A stretch of 64,000 bases of DNA, taken from contig NC_043013.1 of assembly GCF_006345805.1 (NCBI RefSeq), positions 51,708,001 through 51,772,000 on the forward strand, written 5' to 3'. The DNA comes from Octopus sinensis (taxonomy: Eukaryota). Below are positions 54,125 to 64,000 of the stretch, piece after piece. The stretch's first letter is position 1; each line of letters opens with the position of its first letter. The notes below the pieces were generated by a model that did no database searches, was not told the DNA's origin, and saw only the letters and a program-made list of their open reading frames with translations. The position numbers were made by a program, and so were the translations under genes.

Positions 54125-54169
54125 TATGTGTATGTGTGTGTGATTTTCAAGTGCTAGAAGGATGGTCAA

Positions 54170-55030
54170 GGGGGCTGGGTTCTCTGGCTCCTCCCTGTAA
54201 TATCATATCAGAAGCATCCATCATTACAATTTTCAATAAACCGGGACTGTAGCTATTATCCGATCATCTGATCCTTGGTCTAACCTCGGGTCTCCTGCTG
54301 ATTGGCCATTCTTTCCTGTAACATTCTAACCACATGTCCATAGTACTGGAGCTGTGACCTCTCAATACAGAAATGTAACCTCTCAATACAGAAATGTAAC
54401 AACTTGACCAGAAAAGACTATGATATCTGATCTACACAGCCAATCAAATAATGTTGCTCCAGGTGCATGGGCCCAGGAACAGGGTGTGCAGGTGCACCTC
54501 CCAAAATATTTTGGTGGTGCAAAATCAAAATTTGTACTCCTATTTACTTTTCTAGGTTTAAAACATAGTGAGTAAAAAGTGATCAATGAAAAATAGCTTG
54601 AAGTTGTTTGTAAAAAATGTTGGACCTGGGTTTGCACCCCCTAAACAAATTTTTTCCCAAGTCAGTATCCAGGTGTCCTTCTGAGAAACCCCATTTCAGC
54701 CACTTATATCAGAGATCCTACTCTTTAGGTCAATACCCAACATTCAGGACCATAGATGAGGATAGGCACAAAAACCAAAGTTTGGCATTTTTACCAATCT
54801 CTCTCTGAAGATCAAATGCAGGAGTCGGTGCATTACTGTCCCACCATCTGCAACTGTAGCATCCAATTCAGCCTTCACCTCCCACCACTCATGAATACAG
54901 TCTCAAGGTACTCAAACTGCTCCACCTGTCTCAATGATGAACTACTAACATCCTGAGTGCGTTGGGGTGGCCTTCTTGAGAGGTCCTGTGTCTCAGTCCT
55001 TACAACACTGTTTCTTGTTCCTACCTTGAA
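54170..55030 (-). pseudogene. RTE-type (Expander/Rex3-like) LINE fragment interrupted by a ~200-bp insert
   Basis: Minus-strand reads LRQVEQFEYL, FVPILIYGPECWVLT, VAEMGFLRR and, beyond the 54455-54665 insert, QLQYYGHVVRMLQERMA. Confidence 0.75.
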
Positions 55031-56597
55031 GTACTTCATTATTTTATTTTATTTTATTTCATCATCATCATCGTTTAACATCCATTTTCCATGCTAGCAT
55101 GGATTGGATGGTTCGACCTGGGTCTGGGAAGCCAGGAGGCTGCACCAGGCTCCAGTCTGATCTGGCAGTGTTTCTACAGCTCAATGCCCTTCCTAATGCC
55201 AACCACTCCGTGAGTATAGTGGGTGCTTTTTACGTGCCACCGACACAAGTGCCAGACGAGGCTGGCAAACGGCCACGCTCAGATGGTGCTTTTTACGTGC
55301 CACCAGCACAGGTGCCAGGGGAATGTCATTTTATTTCCTTGGAAAATTTGAAGACTTTCTGTACCTCTGTAGAATTAAACTGAGGAACAGTTCCTTCATT
55401 TCTTCTGACTAACCTTATTGTTATTGCAATTCATTTATGCATCTCATCCTTACCTCCTCTTCTAAGCAAATACACTTCTACATACATGCATACACACACA
55501 GAGGCATCACACAAATTCTCAGACTCAGAACAGACCTTGATGAGAGAGGGGAAGTGTCAGAGAAAGTTGTGAATAGCAATGAAAGAACTTTGACTAATAA
55601 ACAACCAACTGATTGTTTAACCAGCACATTAAACAAACAATTAGTTTGTTGGTTAGATACTTAACCAATTCACTGGAAGTGGTATGGAACCAGTGCATGT
55701 ATTATTATTATTATTAGCATAATAATCCTCCCAAGACAAAATATTTATATATTTCTATATATATTATGATTTTACTTAGGTATAATCCTTTCTATTATAG
55801 GCACAAGGCCTGAAATTTAGGGGAGGGGTATAGTCAATTACATCAACTTCAGTGCATAACTGGTACTTATTTTATCGACCCTGAAAGGATAAAAGGTAAA
55901 GTTGACCATGGTGGAATTTAAACTCAGAACATAGCGTTCTGATGAAGTATTTCATCCAGCATGCTAACAATTCTGCCAACTCACTGCCTTAATTTTTTTT
56001 TACTTAGGCATAATGATACTAATAACTTAAGTGTTTGGCAAGTGCAGAGCATAATAGCAATTATCAGAATGACAAGAGAATACAAATTACATAATCAATT
56101 TCATTAAGTTACAGCTCTCAGAGCTTTCTAAAGGACACTATAAGGTGATGCACAAGTACTCAGCTCTAAGTGCAGTGCATATTATAGCAGAAACAGTTGT
56201 AAGGTAATGAAGTTCATTTTGTAATTTCTGCTCTCTTGTTATTCCATCAATTCATGTGTGTGTGTGTGTTTTTGCCTGCAGATGGTGTAAATTTGGTACA
56301 ACTCCTCTTTCTTTTTCTCTTCCTTCTCTTAATCCTTTTACTTCCTTTCTTAAATTCTGTAACCTGAAATCTTAGACTTCCTTCTGTGATCTGTTTCATA
56401 ATTCAAAGTCACTGTCAACCTTTTCCTTCTAAAAGGTAATAATATATATATACACACATATATATATATGCTTGCCTAGCCAGCACAGTGGCACCATTTA
56501 GATGCTAAATGATGCAAAGTGTGTATTGCGACCAGCATTGCATAACAACATCCAGTAGTCTGGTGAATCATATGATATATATATCTATGTATATATA

Positions 56598-56631
<34 letters not shown>

Positions 56632-56698
56632 TATAGATATATGCATATATACATACGTATATGTACATACTTACATCTATACACACACACACACACAT

Positions 56699-56762
<64 letters not shown>

Positions 56763-57789
56763 TATATATGTGCATATGTGGGCACAGGACATCATGAAAT
56801 GTGTACAACAAAGAAGTGCGAGTATGTGGAACGTGAATTGTTCTTTCAAACAACGAAAGACACAAATGGGAAACAAAACAAGCAACATAAAGAACGACCC
56901 TTCATCAGTTGCTGGTTGTTTTTCTAGTTTCGTATTTCGAGCATTTAACAACAACATATATATATGAAGAGTGTAGTGGGGGTAGTTACACTGATTATGA
57001 GGAATATGGTGAAAGGAAAGTAACCTCCTGGGGCTTGTTTCTTGGAGACAAAATTCAAATGATGGTGGTTGAATTGTGGGTGATGACAATCTCATCACCT
57101 TCAGACATCATCACTACAGTTAATACCAACATCAACACTACCATTCACATTATCAATGCCACAGCCCGCTACCACCTTTATTACTGCTGCCACTACTTAC
57201 TACAACCAGCACCACCACTGATAATACTACTACTACTACAGCTACTACCACAACTACTACAACCTGTACTGCTGCCACCACCATCATAATGAGCACATCC
57301 ACTACCACCACCACATTTACTACCACAACCCCCATTAATAAACAACACTATCACCTCAACACTACCACAATAACTACTACCACCACATTTACTACCACAA
57401 CCACCATCACCACACCACCACCGCAACATTCATGTGACTAATAAAGTAATGTAGTTTTAGTGTTGTTTAAATCAACTTCCTGTAGGTGGAGCTGGTGTTT
57501 GCGACAGACAGAGGCAACGGCAGGGCGGTGGTGGTGGATGTAGTATTGAAAAGTGGAGAGGGGGGTGACTAATGTTTTTTTTTGTGGGGTGAGTAGCATA
57601 GGGACCTCATGATTTGTTGTTGATTTTATTTTAATAATGAATGGTGGGGGGGAGTTGGGGGAAGAAGGGGGGCGTAAACAAAAAGGAGGAAAATCAAATA
57701 GACAAACAACAACAACAACAAACAATAACAAATACACAACAAACATGACAGACAATAATAACAACAAAGGCATGGAAACAACAACAAAC

Positions 57790-57990
57790 AATAATAATAA
57801 TAATAATATTCATTATGATGATGGTAATAATGATGAATAACAACAACAACAATAATAATAATAATATTCATTATGATGATGGTAATAATGATGAATAACA
57901 ACAACAACAATAATAATAATAATATTCATTATGATGATGGTAATAATGATGAATAACAACAACAACAATAATAATAATAATGATAATAAT
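57790..57990. repeat. Tandem repeat, three ~58-bp units
   Basis: aataataatattcattatgatgatggtaataatgatgaataacaacaacaac repeated three times. Confidence 0.9.
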
Positions 57991-58116
57991 GATAATGATA
58001 AACAAGTCTACATATACTGCTGAAAAAAAAATAACAAAAGTAACTCAATAATAAAAAAAACTAATAAAAAAACCAGCAATAATGAAAACTACAGGAGCAA
58101 TATCAACAACGAGAGC

Positions 58117-58159
<43 letters not shown>

Positions 58160-59124
58160 GTGTAAACAATGACAAAACACATCAAAGACATTTAATAAAT
58201 ATGTAACTTCAAAGTGGGGAGTAGTAATTATTGATATGTTCCTGTTTGCGTATTTGTGTTTGTGTGCGTGTTTAGGTATGGGCGTGTGAATGGATGTATG
58301 CATATGTGTGGGTGGGTGTATGTATGTATTTATGCGTGTGTGTGTGTGTGTGTGAATGTATGTATATGTATGAATATATATGTCTGTGTGTATTTATGTA
58401 TGAATATATGTATGTTTGTATATGTATGCATGACTATGTATGTATGTATGTATGTATGTATATATATGTGTATGTATATATGTATGTATATATATGTACG
58501 TATGTATATATGTATATGTGTATGTATGTATATATATATATATATATTTATATGTATGTAAACATGTATATGTGTATGTATATATATATATGTGTGTGTG
58601 TGTATGTATATATATATATGTGTGTGTGTGTATATATATATATATATGCTTGTATGAATGTTTATACATATGCATGTTTGTGTGTGTATATATATATATA
58701 TATATATACGTATATATGTTTGTATGCATGTATGTGTATATTTGTGTAAATACATGTGTGTGAATGTTAGTGTTTTATGTATATGTATGTGTCTGTGTAT
58801 GTATGCATGTGTATATATTTATGTGTGTGTGTGTGTATTAATTAGTCAGAAGAGGAGAGTCACTCCCATGACCTTTGTAGGTCACTGCAGAATGGGTAGG
58901 ATCGATCTTCAGGGAGGATTCAGTATGGACTTGCAAAGATTGATGTCTCCACAGGAGGGAAAGCGCATAAGTGTTGGGGCAGAAGGATTGGGCAAAAAAG
59001 CATTAAAATGTGATGGGGTAGATAAAAGGGTGAGATCTGGTGGCAGGCGGAAGTTGGCTTTTAAACATACCACAGCTCCACCTCTGGGATAAATTCTGAT
59101 CCAGGAGACCTTTGATAAAACATG

Positions 59125-59415
59125 ATCATCCTGCCCTTCTCTCTGGCATTGCCCATCTAGGATTACATTATTTTGTGTGTTCTTTGTTCTCTAAAAATGT
59201 TAATGACATCAAGCTTAGTGGTCTTAGAGGGACCATGAGATAAACTTATTGCCACTGGCCCTTCCTGCAAAATGAAAATGAAGTGAACCCTGCTTTATTC
59301 ATGTTCATCCTGCCCTTCTTTCCGGCACTGCCCATCTAGGACTACATTATTTTGTGTGTTCTTTGTTTTCCTAAAACTCTAATGGCATCAAATTCAATGG
59401 TCTTGGAGGGACTAC
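59125..59415. repeat. Diverged direct duplication of ~110 bp, spaced ~180 bp apart
   Basis: catcctgcccttct..gcccatctagga.tacattattttgtgtgttctttgtt..ggtctt.gagggac occurs at ~59127 and ~59306. Confidence 0.85.
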
Positions 59416-59708
59416 AAGGCAAAGTCATGGCCAACTGTTTATTGTGGCATGGTTTTTTACAGCCAAATGCCCTTTCTAATGCCAGCCACTTAACAGAGTG
59501 CACTGGGTGCTTTATATATGCCACCTACATGAGTGCATTTACACAGCACTGGCACAGGTGTTTTTTATGTGGCGCTGCAGCTGAACGGATCAGCCTGTAT
59601 GTGTGGAAGAAACAATTCTACTTAACTTGACCTTCACATATATAAATCAGAAACTAAATACATGAGAAGGGAACAAGAAATTATGCAATGAATTTTTCTG
59701 TTATATTT

Positions 59709-59744
59709 TTTTCTGATGAAGGACTAGTGTCCAAAATGTCAAGA
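59709..59744 (+). ncRNA. Decayed minimal hammerhead-like motif
   Basis: tttt-CTGATGA-A-GGAC-tagt-GTCC-aAAAt-GT-C-aaga. Differs from the canonical CGAAAC only at two CpG positions. Confidence 0.5.
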
Positions 59745-60989
59745 CTCCTCTCCTTTTTTTTAAACATTAAACGAATAGGTGCAGGAGTGGTTGTGGGGTA
59801 AGAAGCTTGCTTCCCAACCATATGGTCTGGGTTCAGTTCCACTGTGTGGCACCTTGGGCAAGTGACTCCTACTAGAGTCTCGGGCCAACCAAAGCATTGT
59901 GAGTGGATTTGGTAGATGGAAACTGAAAGAATCCCATCGTATATATACATGTATCTATATATTTGAGTGTCTGTGTTTGTCCCCCTTACCATCGCTTGAC
60001 AACCGATTTTGGTGTGTTTACATCCCTATAACTTAGCAGTTCGGGACAGGAAGCCGATAGAATAAGTACCAGGCTTACAAAGAATAAGTCCTGGGGTCGA
60101 TTTGTTCGACTTAAGGCGGTGCTCCAGCATGGCTGCAGTCAAATGACTGAAACAAGTAAAAGAATAATTCAACATACATTGAAACTCACTGCTCCCATTT
60201 TAAGTGTGTTTTAATGCATTCACAATATAAATGCCTTCTGCTTATATGGATGTTAGTAAGACACACTAATGTCTAAACAGACCAGCACACACTTATATAA
60301 CACAACTAAGAAGCTGGTTAACTCAGATACAAACTAACTCGGTCAGGCTTACACACACACACACACACACACATATTGACATAATTTGAGAATGACACAG
60401 ACTGGTTGACATTGACTGACGAGAACACTGACTGACATCGACAGATTGACAGGCATTTATTTATATGCAGAGAAATTCATATTGATGGATGGATTATATT
60501 GACGGACAGGGAGACTGATTGAAAGAGGGATAACTGATTGGCACATTGGTAGAGTGACACCTGGTGGACTTACACACACACACACACACACACAAATTCA
60601 ATGATATGTGCCCACACACACACACACACACACACACACTGACTTATGAATAGAAGTTCACATACATACAATCATACACAGACGCACACACACAGAGGAG
60701 ACATAGATATGTATTTTTTCACTGAGTGTGTGTTAGTGTTATTGTTTATTACCATGTATGTGTCAGGATGTTATAATTTGTGTATGTGTGTATGTATATA
60801 TATATATATATTTATACTCACACGTGTATATATATATATTTATACACACACGTGTATATATATATATTTATACACACACGTATATATATATATATTTATA
60901 CACACACGTATATATATATATATATATATTTATACTCATGTGTATATATATATATATATATATATTTATACACACACATGTATGTATAC

Positions 60990-61022
<33 letters not shown>

Positions 61023-61725
61023 TATATATATACACACACATGTGTATATATCTTTATATATATATATATATATATATATGTTGGTGTATATGTATTTATA
61101 TATACACATGTATATATTTACAATGTGTGTGTGAGCATGTATATTTTGTATGTACGTATATGTGTGCGTGTGTGTACACATGAACCACTGCCACAAACCA
61201 TCCAATCAGTCAGAACAAACCCTAATTATGTCAGTGCCAGGTGGGGAGTGGGGAGTGTATAATGGTGGTAGGAGGTAATGGCAGGAGTGATAGGAAGAGA
61301 TGTAGTTTTTATAAGTGGGAGGAGGAAGGGGAGCCCTCTCATCCATCCTATACCATGTTATCTTGACACATCACACATCCTCCTCCTCCACTTCTTCCCT
61401 CATCTATCAAACTTTAATTATCTGTCATTAACCTGATGACCCCGCTTGATAACAACAACTAGCTAATATCTCAAGGTAGAATAGGGGTATATAATCTACA
61501 TGTCGCATTTATTCCGTGATGTTAGGGTATCATGGAGTGTTTTACCTTCCTCCCAGTCGTTAATTTATTGCAACTCGTTACTGGTGATTATGTATTTAGT
61601 TTCTTCTGGCTCTTTACAGTTCTGAGTTCAAATCCCATCTAGGCCAGCTTTGCTTTTGGTCCTTCCAAAGTCAATAAAATAAAGTACCAGTCATGTATAC
61701 ATGACTGGTATTTTACAAGGTATTT

Positions 61726-61960
61726 TAAGGCGGCGAGCTGGCAGAATCGTTAGCGCGCCGGGCGAAATGCTTAGCGGTATTTCGTCTGTCGCAACGTTGT
61801 GAGTTCAAATTCCACCGAGGTCAACTTTGCCTTTCATACTTTCGGGGTCGATAAATTATGTACCAGTTACGCACTGGGGTCGATATAATCGACTTAATAC
61901 CTATGTCTGTCCTTGTTTGTCCCCTCTATGTTTAGCCCCTTGTGGGTAATAAAGAAATAG
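61726..61960 (+). mobile_element. Near full-length, young SINE family B copy with TSD
   Basis: aaggcggcgagctggcagaatcgttag...gagttcaaattcc...tttgcctttcat.ctttcggggtcgataaa. CpG-rich; ggtattttacaagg is duplicated at ~61707 and ~61960. Confidence 0.85.
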
Positions 61961-62403
61961 GTATTTTACAAGGGACTGGTGTTAGGAACATAAATTATGA
62001 CTGAGGTATCGGTGGGTGGAAGTGCTTGGCTTAGTGTTAAGGGTGTTGAACTCCTGATCGTAAGGTTGTAGTTTCGATTCCTGGACCGGGCGATGCATTG
62101 TGTTCTTGGGCAAAACACTTCATTTTCACGTTGCTCCAGTCCACTCAGCTGGCAAAAATGAGTAATCCTGGGACGAACCGGCATCCCGTCCAGGTGGGGA
62201 ATTTCTACACCACTGAAATTGGGAAACTGGCCCTTATGAGCCTGGCATGGCTTGAGAAGGAACATTTATTTTTTTTTTTTAAGGTTTGGTGGAAGATTTT
62301 AATTCAGGACTTTTGAAAACAAGACCTTTGTACTACAGAGCCGGAAGCGGTCTCAGTCAGGTTGGTATCAAAAGGGTTAAGAATTGTTTCTCTATTATAT
62401 ATT

Positions 62404-62633
62404 TTAACCCTTTTGTTACCATATTTTTGTTGAGATGCTCTGTATTTCTTTCAATTAATTTTAAATATAACATAGAATTTAGTAAAATAACTTAGTCACT
62501 GTTTATGTTCCTAACACAAGCTTATTGATAACTAAGGATTGGTGGAAGACTTTTATTCAGAACTTTTGAAAACAAGACATTTGTTCTACAGAGCCAGAGG
62601 CAGTTTCAACCAGGTTGGTATCAAAAGGGTTAA
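62404..62633. mobile_element. piggyBac-like MITE
   Basis: TTAA-cccttttgttacca ... tggtatcaaaaggg-TTAA termini; a truncated second copy of the right half lies at ~62282-62380. Confidence 0.75.
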
Positions 62634-64000
62634 TTGTATTCGTCATCTTTCCGAATCTAATGAAACAAAGTACCAGTCATGTACTGGGGTCTTTTCAATC
62701 AGTTATACCCTGCTACTACTATTACTGCTACAAATACCCCTCCTCCACTCCTCTTTCTCCTCCTACAATTACAAACTCCCCCTCTTACTATCACTAACTG
62801 ACTCTACTTCCTCACCCTCCCCACCTACTAATAATCATTACTTAATTTGTGTATATACAAATTAATTTCATAAAATATTTTTATTTCAAATTAAAACCAT
62901 TTTTTTTCAAATTTATTTCAGTTTTTTTTATTCATATTTCTTTTTATCATATATGAGGTGAGCAATAATTCCTGCTGAGTAATTATCTAAACGAATCTTT
63001 TCATTATTGTGTGCATGTGGGGGAAGGAGAAGTATGTGTGCATGTGCATGAGTATGTAGAATATGTATGTGTGTGTGGGAGTATATGTGTGTGTGTGTGT
63101 GTTGCAGTTTCTGTGTGAATTTATTTTATTTTGTTGGGTTTTTTTTTTTTAAACATTTTTATAAAATTCAATTTTCCATGATGTAAAACTTAAATTTTGC
63201 TTAAAATATGCGCACCTGTTCTTCATGTATTTTGCTTAAATATCACCAAATGAAATGAAATATCAGTTAATATTCAGCTGGGTTCATCATCATCTTTGTC
63301 ACTATAATGATTTTCATCATTTTCATCTTTCACCATCATCATTATCAGCATTATCACACGTTCATGTACAAGTGGCTTTTTTTAGTTTCTTATTTCTTTA
63401 TTACCCACAAGGGGCTAAACATAGAGGGGACAAACAAGGACAGACAAAGGGATTAAGTCGATTATATCAACCCCAGTGCGTAACTGGTACTTAATTTATC
63501 AACCCCGAAAGGATGAAAGGCAAAGTGGACCTCGGTGGAATTTGAACTCAGAATGTAGTGGCAGACGAAATACCGCTAAGCATTTTGCCCAGCGTGCTAA
63601 CGTTTCTGCCCGCTCACTGCCTTAAATACCTATTTCTTTACTACCAACAAGGGGCTAAACACAGAAAGGACAAACAATGACAGACAAACGGCATGCTATC
63701 GTTTCTGCCAGCTTGCCGCCTTTCAGCTTGCTGCTGCTTTTTTTAGTTTCTACTTACCAAATTCTCACATGGTTTTGATCTGGGCTGGGCTGAGGTAGAA
63801 GACTCTTGCCCAAGGTGCCATCACATGGGACTGAACTCAAAAACACATAGCTGCTAAGCAAACTTCTTAACCAAACACATATATCATAGAAAGCAATTAA
63901 ATTCAGTGGAATGTTTTACAACTCTATAAATAGTTTCTTAATCTGTGTAAATAAAATTCTATACAATATAATTTTATAAAATGCGGTTTTAAATTCATCT

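Overview
This is AT-rich, repeat-saturated eukaryotic (animal) DNA, not prokaryotic. The three abundant tRNA-derived SINE families and the microsatellite load resemble an octopus or other coleoid cephalopod genome; that is an inference from repeat style. I found no convincing host protein-coding exon, and nearly all listed ORFs are translations of microsatellites or SINEs. The recognisable coding remnants all come from transposons: a decayed mariner (DD34D) transposase, a Penelope-like GIY-YIG fragment, several RTE-type LINE fragments and a Gypsy integrase tail. There are also two non-autonomous Helitrons and several MITEs. The most interesting signal is RNA-level. A ~349-nt tandem repeat at 51.2-52.0 kb carries a type I hammerhead ribozyme fold in each unit plus an inverted partial copy, which is the retrozyme / Penelope pseudo-LTR architecture. 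About ten further minimal or variant hammerhead-like motifs are scattered through the window, two of them inside long near-perfect inverted repeats. Several unique non-repeat islands carry clustered transcription-factor-like motifs or hairpins. Repeat boundaries were read by eye and are approximate.
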